Below, one piece after another: positions 7,814 through 16,205 of a stretch of DNA of 29,940 nucleotides (its first letter is position 1; the number at the start of each line of letters is the position of its first letter). The stretch is from an uncultured Oligoflexus sp. GTDB taxonomy: Bacteria > Bdellovibrionota_B > Oligoflexia > Oligoflexales > Oligoflexaceae. The notes under the pieces were generated by a model that was not told the DNA's origin, did no database searches, and was given only the letters and a program-made list of their open reading frames with translations. The position numbers were made by a program, and so were the translations under genes. The stretch spans positions 1-29,940 of the forward strand of contig CAXSGP010000056.1 in the NCBI GenBank assembly GCA_964236955.1, in the 5' to 3' direction.

Positions 7814-9220
7814 TTATTCTTTTACGACGACGATGCTTGAAGTTTTATCTTCCAGCTTGCCAAGGTTTTTTGAATCTTCGGTCAGTTCAATCAAGAGCTT
7901 TTTAAAATTATCATCTTCATAAAGCTTCACGCGGGTCTTGGCCATGACTTTAAGCGACGTAATTTGATTGTCACCAAAGGTCAGATCCTTGGTAAGATAT
8001 TTTCCGGGTTTAAGCATCTGCAGCGTGCCGCGGAAATCGCCGTCCCGATAGAGAAGGACGCCGATCTCATTGAGTTCGGCCACGACTTTGCGCGCACCCC
8101 AGTCGGCTTCATCGAAATGATCGACAGCTAAAAAGTTAGGTTTTTTTTCCGCAGCGGGCAGGCATTCCCTGTTTATGCGGTTCCAAATGGCATCGATTTT
8201 GTTATCGTCCTGGCTAAATTTAAAGTCCGGTATATCGCGAAAATGATTCATCACGAAAAGATAAGTGAATTTGGGATGGGTTCGGTTGAGAGGCTGATCT
8301 TTTTCATTCCAACGGGTCTTGCACACAAGGTCTTTGCCTTCTTTGCCAAGGCTCCAAAAATTTTCCGCGGTAAAGTCCTGGGCAAAGGCGACGCCTAAAT
8401 CTTTTTTGTCCGAACGATCGGAGACGACGAAAAGCCGCTTGTTGTCCTTGATCAACGCGTCTATGCGTGGCCAGCCTTTCTCCATGACTTCCCATTTGTA
8501 GGGATCAAATATTCTGTCTCTAAAGGCCGGCGCTGCGTTGAGAGCATCGCGCAATTGATCATGATTCACATAATCTTCGAAGAAAACCGTTAAGATCGCG
8601 TCACGATGGGCATCGAGATAGCCGCCTATTCGCCTGAGGTAGTCTTCAAGGCTCATCGCAAAGAAAATTCCCGGGACTTCGACTTCGACCTTTAAAATGC
8701 CCTGTGGTGGGCTAAAGCAGCTTCCATGGCAAAGGACGGCCCTGCCGGACTGCTTGTTTTTGTCGGAAGGCCAGATATCCAGCATGAATGCTGTCACTCC
8801 ATTATCGAGTTGAAACTGAAGGCTACGGCTTTGATTCGGAGCGGCCCAGGTCGCATCACCAGAATTAACAAAAGCGTTATGGGCGGTTAGAAAGGTTAGC
8901 TCGTCAAAGCGTGGGGACTGCTGCAATGTCGGTGCCTTCGGCGTTTGATTGCCTTTAACAGGCTGAGGCGGCTTGAGATCGTCCGGCCTCGGGACCGGGG
9001 CAGCGGGATCGTCGGCAGAGCTGCCTTCGGTGCCCTCGTCACCCTCAAGGCCGTCCCCCTCATCGTCGCTCGCCTTGCCATTGATAGCTTCGCCGGCTTC
9101 GATGTCCGTTCTTTCTTCTTTTGAACTGGCAGCGGTTAAATTAGGTTTTGCCGGCTTGCGCAAGCAGCCACTGAAAGCCAGGCAAAGGATTAGGCTAAGC
9201 GATAACCACATAAGTTTCAT
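7814..9220 (-). CDS. Lipoprotein with PI-PLC X-like phosphodiesterase domain and C-terminal beta/gamma-crystallin-like domain
   Basis: Lipobox FSGC after MKLMW (ATG 9220) and an acidic/Pro-rich linker. PLC-like motifs FLTAHNAF, QLDNGV..FMLDIW, LCHG, FFEDY, MNHF and KPNFLAVD. The C-terminus has two Greek-key-like units (LYRDGDFRG...DNQITSLKV and LYEDDNF...DKTSSIVV). Confidence 0.82.
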   Translation of the reverse strand: MKLMWLSLSLILCLAFSGCLRKPAKPNLTAASSKEERTDIEAGEAINGKASDDEGDGLEGDEGTEGSSADDPAAPVPRPDDLKPPQPVKGNQTPKAPTLQQSPRFDELTFLTAHNAFVNSGDATWAAPNQSRSLQFQLDNGVTAFMLDIWPSDKNKQSGRAVLCHGSCFSPPQGILKVEVEVPGIFFAMSLEDYLRRIGGYLDAHRDAILTVFFEDYVNHDQLRDALNAAPAFRDRIFDPYKWEVMEKGWPRIDALIKDNKRLFVVSDRSDKKDLGVAFAQDFTAENFWSLGKEGKDLVCKTRWNEKDQPLNRTHPKFTYLFVMNHFRDIPDFKFSQDDNKIDAIWNRINRECLPAAEKKPNFLAVDHFDEADWGARKVVAELNEIGVLLYRDGDFRGTLQMLKPGKYLTKDLTFGDNQITSLKVMAKTRVKLYEDDNFKKLLIELTEDSKNLGKLEDKTSSIVVVKE

Positions 9221-9459
9221 GCCTGAGCGAGAGAGGGTTTGGCACACGGCTATTTATCGGTAATTTTCTATTTTTCTAAAGAAAAAATTTTCGTATCGAC
9301 TTAAGTTCTTGAATCCGATTTAATAAATAAAATGGATGCCTTAGAGAATAGAACTTGGGAAATCACCGGGATCGATGCCGGCATTTTCAGGGTATGGGCT
9401 TCTAAAGGACCGGGACTCAAAGCCTATGAGCCGGGCCAGGATAAAACATCGGCATCATT

Positions 9460-9497
9460 AAATAAGAAAGGGGACAGGTCCCTTGCGACCCATCCCC
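9460..9497 (-). terminator. Rho-independent terminator of the OmpA-family gene
   Basis: Minus strand GGGGAUGGGUC-GCAAGG-GACCUGUCCCC, an 11-bp stem with two G-U pairs, followed by UUUCUUAUUU about 30 nt after the stop. Confidence 0.8.
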
Positions 9498-9528
9498 TCC
9501 CGGGCTATTAGCCATTAAGTTTTATTCT

Positions 9529-10125
9529 CTACTTGGAAGGACCAAACGCACTTGGCGCATAGCTGATATTAAAGTCGCCTCTTCGGTTCTTTTTATAGGC
9601 GCTTACCCGGCTTTTATCATCGACGGGTTCAGCTGAACCAAGGTGTACAGGATTCAATCGATCGGATTCAATTCCATGATTCAAGAGATAATCCCTGATG
9701 ACTTTGGCTCTTTTTTCACTCAATTTTTCATTGTAATCCTTCTCGCCCTGCTTATCCGCATGGCCACGAATGGTAATTGTCGCAAGTTCATCTTTGGTCA
9801 TTCCCGCGACTATCTTGTCGAGTGCTGCGACATTTTTCGGGGACAGATCCGCTTTCTTAAATTCGAAATGAACGACGATACCATTTGGATTAAACCCTTG
9901 ATAATCCGTAACCGTATACTCATTGACTTCATCTTCCGTGGTATCAGCCTCGGCTTCCTTGATCAGCGCATCGGCATCCGTTTCAGAACCCGATGCTATT
10001 TCGGCCTCTGATTTTGCTGACATCGATTGTGCTGCACAGCCGCTAAGGGTTGCTGTACTTACCAACAACGAGCACGCTATGAGTTGTGATAGAACATTTT
10101 TTTTCTCTAGATTGAAAGTCATCAT
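9529..10125 (-). CDS. OmpA-family (Pal-like) peptidoglycan-binding lipoprotein
   Basis: RBS GAGGAGG and lipobox LSGC. Motifs VHFEFKKADL, IRGHAD..G...YNEKLSEKRA and NRR. Confidence 0.92.
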   Translation of the reverse strand: MMTFNLEKKNVLSQLIACSLLVSTATLSGCAAQSMSAKSEAEIASGSETDADALIKEAEADTTEDEVNEYTVTDYQGFNPNGIVVHFEFKKADLSPKNVAALDKIVAGMTKDELATITIRGHADKQGEKDYNEKLSEKRAKVIRDYLLNHGIESDRLNPVHLGSAEPVDDKSRVSAYKKNRRGDFNISYAPSAFGPSK

Positions 10126-10507
10126 AGTTAAATCCTCCTCTATGATAGGGACAGTATCGGCGCGGAGAATGGGCGGCTGACAGCTTTCTTAAAAAATATT
10201 AAAAAAGGAAAAAATATCTTTATTTTCAATAGTTTATAATTAATTCATAGAGCTTATAAACTATGAATTTTCTTCAATTTATTGGCGTGACCCCGGTAAG
10301 AATGTTCATTTTTGCTCCGCATAGAAGACGCTCGATAGGCAGACATTGCGTTTGAGTCACAGCTGGCTTTGTTATTGCAACCTTTGATACCTATGATGCC
10401 ACGCCGCGATCTCGCTGAATGTGTTTAAAATGCCTCCGATTCCAAGAGATCATGAAAGTAATTCGGTGCGATAAGCATTCGAAAAGAATGATCGAATGGC
10501 CAACCCT

Positions 10508-10535
10508 TAAAGCTTTTGCTAAAAGCAGCCGATAG
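10508..10535 (+). promoter_or_regulatory. Putative sigma-28 (FliA)-type promoter
   Basis: TAAAG-N15-GCCGATAG, ending 41 nt upstream of GTG 10577. Confidence 0.6.
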
Positions 10536-10576
10536 GTTCGGGGCAGACGCTCGGTGTACATTCCTTGAGGCTAATT

Positions 10577-11536
10577 GTGAAAATATCAATATCTATAGTA
10601 ATTTTAGAACTTCTGATAACGGGGCATTTGCTTTCCTGTAAGTCGGATATCAAAATTATTGGGGCGACAAAAGAAGGTACCGATCATCGGGATGCGAACA
10701 GAGACCTGCCGAAGGCGGCACCAGATGAGGAGCTTCCCGTTGATCCTCACACGGACAGCACTGTTTTAAATAGCGAAACAGTGAGTGTGCCCAGTGTCAT
10801 TAACGGTGCGTTTTTGGTCTGTGCCATGCAGGAGGCAAACGATACAGTCGAGCTAAGGGTCGGATGCGGTTTCCAGGACGCAAATAATCACCGCGTTGAA
10901 ATCCGATCCCTTGCCGCCAGCGCTAGATTCTATTTGCTGGGCAGCCAGCCGAATGGCGTAAACGTCGCAAGTCTGCCCGGTGATGCTAACTATGACGCTA
11001 TTTTTAGCTTCACGGGATCAACATTTGATCTTCTTAAGTCAGCGGCATTTGCTACTTTCTATCAGGTTGAACTCATCGGACCCAGCAATGGAGGGCCTGA
11101 TAAAGTAGTGGGAGGTCAAGGGACCTCGGTTGCAATGCCACCGGCTGCTCGGTGGATACGTGAAATTTCGAGCGATGCCAATGCCAATCAACTTTGTGAC
11201 GGCAACGAAATCTGTATTTATCAGGGCAACGGACTTATGTGGTACAAAGACCTTGGCGCTGCCAAGACCTATGGCGATGCCAATTCCTTCTGCGATACGT
11301 TTACTGACAGTTTTTCAGACTGGCGGTTACCAACGGAAGGTGAACTCAAGATGGCCTTTCAAAAGGGTATCGTCGAGGTTGCTGCCGCCCCTATCCTAAA
11401 TATCCTCAATGAAGGTTATTTCGCTCTGGACAGCAAGGGTGGGACAGGCGTGAATCCTATCACCGGTGCCAGTATTCAATTTCCTGACGGGGAAGCCCAT
11501 CGGTCCGTCTGCGTGCGAACGACCACGGTCCCCTGA
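10577..11536 (+). CDS. Lipoprotein with C-terminal DUF1566 (Lcl C-terminal-like) domain
   Basis: GTG 10577 with GAGG upstream and lipobox LLSC. The C-terminal GLMWYK...TYGDANSFC...SDWRLPTEGEL...VCVR is the DUF1566 signature. Confidence 0.75.
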   Translation: MKISISIVILELLITGHLLSCKSDIKIIGATKEGTDHRDANRDLPKAAPDEELPVDPHTDSTVLNSETVSVPSVINGAFLVCAMQEANDTVELRVGCGFQDANNHRVEIRSLAASARFYLLGSQPNGVNVASLPGDANYDAIFSFTGSTFDLLKSAAFATFYQVELIGPSNGGPDKVVGGQGTSVAMPPAARWIREISSDANANQLCDGNEICIYQGNGLMWYKDLGAAKTYGDANSFCDTFTDSFSDWRLPTEGELKMAFQKGIVEVAAAPILNILNEGYFALDSKGGTGVNPITGASIQFPDGEAHRSVCVRTTTVP

Positions 11537-11684
11537 TATTTAGGGTGGAATATTTGAGTTTAAAGGGAGAGGCCTATAGAAGTGTTTCAGGGGCTGGCGG
11601 TCAACGTAATTTATATAGCATTTGATCGCGCACTCAATTATCGCTACTCTATCCTCACTTTAACCGAGCCGAGGAGTCCCCGCG

Positions 11685-12887
11685 ATGATCATACCTACCC
11701 AATGGGCAAGCGGTAGTCCAGAACTTCAGGCGCTTTGGGGACTTGATCCGTCCATTCGCTACCTCAATCACGGCGCATTCGGTGCCACCCCCAAGATCGT
11801 CCTCGAAGCTCAGGCCAACTGGACTCGGCAGCTCGAACGGGGGCCGGTGAACTTTCTCATTCGGCGCTTTCCCGAACTTATGGATGCCCACCGGCTGCAG
11901 CTCTCTCATTTCCTGGGGGCTGACGCGGCAGGCCTGGTGTTCGTGAGCAATGCGACATCAGCGGTTGGTGCCGTGCTGGAGAGTCTGGATTTGCAGGCGG
12001 GCGACGAAGTCGTGGTATCCAATCATGGTTATCATATCGTGAGGCAGACTTTAGAAGTTTTGAAACGGGAACGCGGCATATCCATCTGCACCGCGAACAT
12101 TCCCTTTCCCTGCGAGAGCCATCAGGAAATAGCCGATGAATTTGTGAAGGCTTTCAGCAAGCGCACGCGGCTTATTATCGTCGATCATATCGCATCAGCG
12201 TCCGCGCTTATTCTACCGGTGGAAGATATCCTACGACGGGCTCGGGAGCAGGATATCCCTGTTTTAGTCGATGGTGCTCATGCACCAATGCAAATTTCAC
12301 TGGACCTTGGGGCGTTGAATGCTGATTTTTATGTTGGAAACTTGCATAAATGGCCCTGTGCACCGAAAGGTTCGGCCTTTCTCTATGTGAATGCAGCCTG
12401 GCGCGAGTCGATCCACCCGTCGGCTCCTGCCTATCGCCAGGCCCCCGGTTACCATTTGCGCGATGGGTTCCATGGTGAATTTGATTGGCTTGGAACCTTT
12501 GATCCGAGCGCCTGGCTTTCCGTAAAAGCTGCCATCGAATTTTTTCAGAATCTTGGAATCGAGCGTGTTCGGGCATCGAATCATGCCCTCGTCCGCGAGG
12601 CGCGGTCCATGCTTTCCCGTGAGCTCGGATTTCTTCTACCCCACCCTGATGACTCCATGTTCTACGGTTCGATGGCCGCCCTTGAAATCCCCCGTTTGCG
12701 TGGGATAAAGCCTTTCGAGCGAGCATCCCTCAGCGCGTGTTTTCACGCTACCCATGGGATCGAGATTCCCTTCATGTCACTCGACGGGGATCGCACGTGG
12801 CTACGCATCAGTGCTCAGGTCTACAACTCTTTCCAGGACTATGAGAAATTAGCGGCCGCCTGCTTAAAGGAATTTGGCCGTTCATGA
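11685..12887 (+). CDS. Class V PLP-dependent enzyme (isopenicillin N epimerase / C-S lyase-like)
   Basis: RBS GAGGAG. Motifs YLNHGAFGATP, NATS, VDGAHAP, GNLHKW (PLP lysine), GTFD and LRISAQVYN. Confidence 0.88.
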   Translation: MIIPTQWASGSPELQALWGLDPSIRYLNHGAFGATPKIVLEAQANWTRQLERGPVNFLIRRFPELMDAHRLQLSHFLGADAAGLVFVSNATSAVGAVLESLDLQAGDEVVVSNHGYHIVRQTLEVLKRERGISICTANIPFPCESHQEIADEFVKAFSKRTRLIIVDHIASASALILPVEDILRRAREQDIPVLVDGAHAPMQISLDLGALNADFYVGNLHKWPCAPKGSAFLYVNAAWRESIHPSAPAYRQAPGYHLRDGFHGEFDWLGTFDPSAWLSVKAAIEFFQNLGIERVRASNHALVREARSMLSRELGFLLPHPDDSMFYGSMAALEIPRLRGIKPFERASLSACFHATHGIEIPFMSLDGDRTWLRISAQVYNSFQDYEKLAAACLKEFGRS

Positions 12888-12909
12888 TTATTAATCTGCA
12901 CCGTTGCCG

Positions 12910-13773
12910 TTAGTGATTCAGGATGATCTTATTGCGAGAAAGCGCACTTTCCGAACTATCATTTCCTAAATCATAGGGGAGAGGGGCGCCCATGGCCCGA
13001 AAGGATCCGGCGATCCAACTGTGAAACTGGGTCAGATCGGTCGTGGTATCACCCTGACCGCATTTTCCATTGCCAAGTCGGCTGGCGGTAGAAACGGCGC
13101 CTACCGCTTTGAGACTTTGGGACTGGCTGTCAAAGATATAGCCTGGACCTCCGGAATCGCCATAGCAGCTTCCCTTATTCGTCATAAAGGTAGTGAAGTG
13201 CTTAAACAGCTTTGAGACGTAGAGAACCCGCGTACTGACCCAGCGGAGGGGTTGATCGCTCTCGTCTTCTTCGTAAAGACTGCCATATCCGGCATAGATG
13301 ACTTCCCTGAAGAAGCCGATATCTCCGGGATTTGCAATTTGAACAGCCTGGTAGGGGGCTGGCACGTCTTCGGTTAAAGTCAAGACCGCAAGATCGTAAT
13401 CAGTAGAGTAGGAAGGATGGATAACCCACTTACTGACTTGTCTGATCAGGGCCGGCTGTAAATTCGAATCGAGGCCAAAACCAACTTTAAAGGTACCTTC
13501 CTTCTCGATGGGCTTCAGGCAGTGGGCGGCGGTGGTTAGCTGCCGGGGCCCAACCAGGGTTCCTGTGCAGTAGGACCCATCTGAAAACTTAAGCATGGCC
13601 GTCGAGCGAAAGACTGCCGACCCTGCTTCCGCAATCTCGCCATTGACGATGGCAACCGCCGACTGTTCCTCAGAGGATTTTTTACAGGCTGTTTGAGTCG
13701 CAAGCAGACTCAACGCTGTGAAAATAATAGATCGTGAAAAGCCAATGATCGAACGTTGATTGCTAGACCGCAT
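12910..13773 (-). CDS. Secreted or lipoprotein trypsin-like serine protease (S1)
   Basis: IVNG mature N-terminus and CTGTL. Catalytic triad TAAHC / DLAVL / GDSGGP. Signal peptide with a possible lipobox (QTAC). Confidence 0.92.
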   Translation of the reverse strand: MRSSNQRSIIGFSRSIIFTALSLLATQTACKKSSEEQSAVAIVNGEIAEAGSAVFRSTAMLKFSDGSYCTGTLVGPRQLTTAAHCLKPIEKEGTFKVGFGLDSNLQPALIRQVSKWVIHPSYSTDYDLAVLTLTEDVPAPYQAVQIANPGDIGFFREVIYAGYGSLYEEDESDQPLRWVSTRVLYVSKLFKHFTTFMTNKGSCYGDSGGPGYIFDSQSQSLKAVGAVSTASRLGNGKCGQGDTTTDLTQFHSWIAGSFRAMGAPLPYDLGNDSSESALSRNKIILNH

Positions 13774-14197
13774 AGACCCGCCCTACTAAAAAATGATTTT
13801 TTAAGGAGGAGCAATAATTGTGGTAAATACAAGTCGTTGTTTTTGCTGGGTTTAACTTTGATAATATCTGTCTGATGCGAAGACAGTACTGACTATTGCT
13901 TGATTCTTTGACAAGTCTCGGTAAATACCAGCCAGGCGGTGAATGAGTGTGCCTAAGAACCTGGGACTTCGTTCGGCTAGGTTGACGAGAATATAAGCCA
14001 AATTCTATCCATAAAAACTGCGCAATTTTCCGGTAAAGTCTTGCAGGCCAAGGCACTAAGACCACTCTTCGATGCATTGGCAGCAATTCAACTTGCTTCC
14101 TTAGGGCTTAAATCCTATACCAGCCCCATCAGGTGCTTGATACTCCGATATTTCTCTCCCTGACCTACCAGTTCGCATAACCAGCACAGGAGCACAC

Positions 14198-14905
14198 ATG
14201 TATTCAACCTCAAGAAAATTTGTCCTTTCCGCAATCCTAACGGTTTTTGGCGTGACTCAAACAGGCTTTGCCGTTGATCGCGATGAGCTTGCCACCAAAT
14301 ATCCAAGCATTGAAGAAGGGAGTCAGAAGCCCGAAAACAAGAAGATCCTCTGTCCCTTTCACCGTTTGCTGGAAAGGGCAGGCTTGTACAACGGGAATAG
14401 TTCTGCATGGAATAGCGCATTGTTGGTGAATGTTTTGAAAATCACCAGGGCCACTCATGAATTTGGTTGCGATATTGGTCTTTGTTCCAGTATTGCCACC
14501 GCGACCTCGGCGGGTCAAATCGCTGAGGGTGCTTCTACCTTTGGCAAGGTGAATTTAGAGGCTTTGCATAGGGTCCTTGGTGTGTCCCATGAATGCGGCC
14601 TGACCTTTGCAAAAGGGACTTCGGTGGTGAGCGATGAAGTGCGTAACAATACGCTGGCCGCTTTATTTCAAAGAGCCGACAGCATGGGTCGCCTCAGTCT
14701 GGAGGATTTGAAAGCGGTTAAACAGAGCATTTGTGAGGCTCAAGGAGTGAAAAATACTTTCATAGGAGCGGGCGAAGTGGGACTCATCTATACCTTCCTC
14801 GGGGGCTCCGACCGGGGCTTCGTCGACTACGCCGATGTCGAACGCTTCTTCCATGCGGAATTGCCGAAAACAATCGGTAAACCAACGCTTCCCGCTGGCT
14901 TCTGA
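14198..14905 (+). CDS. Secreted protein, candidate heme-thiolate peroxidase/peroxygenase-like
   Basis: RBS AGGAG and signal peptide ending GFA. Ordered motifs LCPFHRLLERAG, VNLEALHRVLGVSHECGLT, GRLSLEDL, GEVGLIYTFLG and DVERFFHAELP. The CDS is solid; the function is inferred. Confidence 0.6.
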   Translation: MYSTSRKFVLSAILTVFGVTQTGFAVDRDELATKYPSIEEGSQKPENKKILCPFHRLLERAGLYNGNSSAWNSALLVNVLKITRATHEFGCDIGLCSSIATATSAGQIAEGASTFGKVNLEALHRVLGVSHECGLTFAKGTSVVSDEVRNNTLAALFQRADSMGRLSLEDLKAVKQSICEAQGVKNTFIGAGEVGLIYTFLGGSDRGFVDYADVERFFHAELPKTIGKPTLPAGF

Positions 14906-14963
14906 ATTTAATTTTGGGACTCTTTAAAAATGAGCAGGGAATCGCCCTGATGTTTTGACGATC

Positions 14964-14998
14964 AAAAAAGAGGAGCGAGGGCTTAACAAGCCCTTCCT
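14964..14998 (-). terminator. Rho-independent terminator of the cytochrome c lipoprotein gene
   Basis: Minus strand AGGA-AGGGCUU-GUU-AAGCCCU-(CGC bulge)-UCCU followed by CUUUUUU. Confidence 0.65.
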
Positions 14999-15023
14999 GG
15001 CGTCGAGCGGAACAAATCCGAAA

Positions 15024-15374
15024 TTATCTACTGTAGAATTTTGCGAAGATAGCCTTTTCCGCATCATTGAAGGATAAAGGCGGCGGCGGCATCTTGAGGG
15101 AAGAAACCTGAACCGCTGCGCGTATATAGGCTCGCATGTCAGCTTCTTTATAATTTACGAAGTTTGGTATCTGAGTGCCGTCATGACATTTGGCGCTTGC
15201 ACACTTCTGAGCCACAAGATTTTGCATAGCCGTATCGGTCCAAGGGCCACCTGTCGCTATCGCTTTCGTCGCTGGTGCCGGAGTAGCAGCGCTTTTTTTA
15301 TCGCCACCGCAGGCTGCTAAGGCCAGGGATAGGGAAAGGACAGCAAGGGGCAACTTAATTCTCTTCATGGACAT
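15024..15374 (-). CDS. Small c-type cytochrome lipoprotein with CX4CH motif
   Basis: Lipobox LAAC and an Ala/Pro linker. CASAKCH heme motif, distal KMPPP and a C-terminal helix DAEKAIFAKF. AAGGA RBS; start at 15374 or 15368. Confidence 0.7.
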   Translation of the reverse strand: MSMKRIKLPLAVLSLSLALAACGGDKKSAATPAPATKAIATGGPWTDTAMQNLVAQKCASAKCHDGTQIPNFVNYKEADMRAYIRAAVQVSSLKMPPPPLSFNDAEKAIFAKFYSR

Positions 15375-15424
15375 ATCATCCTTTAAAGGGGTGACGAAGG
15401 CAGACTCTTAGTGCGGACTCTATA

Positions 15425-15454
15425 AGTATAGGGGCTGCGTAAAAAAATGGTCAA
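15425..15454 (-). promoter_or_regulatory. Putative sigma-70 promoter for the cytochrome c gene
   Basis: Minus strand TTGACC-N18-TATACT, about 50 nt upstream of the start. Confidence 0.5.
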
Positions 15455-15791
15455 TTGCCGGGCAAATATTGCCAGCCAACCTAGCCGACTCGCGCGTGCG
15501 TGCGCAAAGAAAAAACGCAAAAATTTGGCACTTTCCTTTATTGTTATCAACGGTAAGCAGACGGCTGGGGCCGACCTATGAGGCGAGGCTAGCGGCGACG
15601 GCACGAAAGCCAGGCTTTCCGCATCGATGCCTTAACCTGGCCCCGGTAAAAGTACATCAGGAGATGGAGTCAGGTCCCTGGCGTAATTTTGCTCATGTGC
15701 AAAAGCTCCCGGCCTAAGGGCTTCATGAGTTGACCCACGGGTTGAATTTATTTATGAATAACCCAAGCGGAACATCAGGCAGGGCACGGTA

Positions 15792-16103
15792 ATGGCAGAA
15801 GTGAAGCAGGTATCCTCTCAGGACGAACTTTCAAAGGTATTTGACCTCTATGAGTCCATCTCCTCCCTTAAAAACGTTGACGAAGTCGAGGCCTTTTTTA
15901 CGGACCTTTGCACGCCCGGCGAACTTCGCGCCATGTCCGAAAGATGGCGTTCGGTGCAATTGGTCCATGATGAGGTTCCCTACCGCCGCATTTGCGAGCT
16001 GACCGGCGTCAGCACGGCAACAGTCACGCGTGTCGCTCGTGCCCTTAACGAAGGAACTGGGTATAAAACCTTAATTCTCAGGCTTCGTCGCAAGAAAAAC
16101 TAA
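15792..16103 (+). CDS. TrpR-like regulator, YerC/YecD family (candidate histidine repressor)
   Basis: FFTDLCTPGELRAMSERW...YRRICELTGVSTATVTRVARAL..GTGY is the YerC/YecD pattern. The gene lies directly upstream of hisG. Confidence 0.9.
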   Translation: MAEVKQVSSQDELSKVFDLYESISSLKNVDEVEAFFTDLCTPGELRAMSERWRSVQLVHDEVPYRRICELTGVSTATVTRVARALNEGTGYKTLILRLRRKKN

Positions 16104-16205
16104 GCCTATGTTCACCTTCCAAACTCATTTCATAAATACCATCTTTACAATTTCCTTGTGTTGGTCAAGTTGACTGACATCCCGGCATGTTTTCAATTTC
16201 TAGAG

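Noticed and set aside
13803..13855. Strong Shine-Dalgarno AAGGAGGA followed by an 11-codon GTG ORF (MVNTSRCFCWV)
   Set aside because: It is very short, sits in the promoter region of the oppositely oriented protease gene, and has no other support.
15526..15540. TGGCAC as a sigma-54 -24 box
   Set aside because: The -12 position reads TTTA rather than TTGC.
15698..15745. GCAAAAGCTCCCGGCCTAAGGG resembling the c-di-GMP-I riboswitch core
   Set aside because: The preceding GGCAAA-stem-GAAA element and the closing 3' strand are missing.
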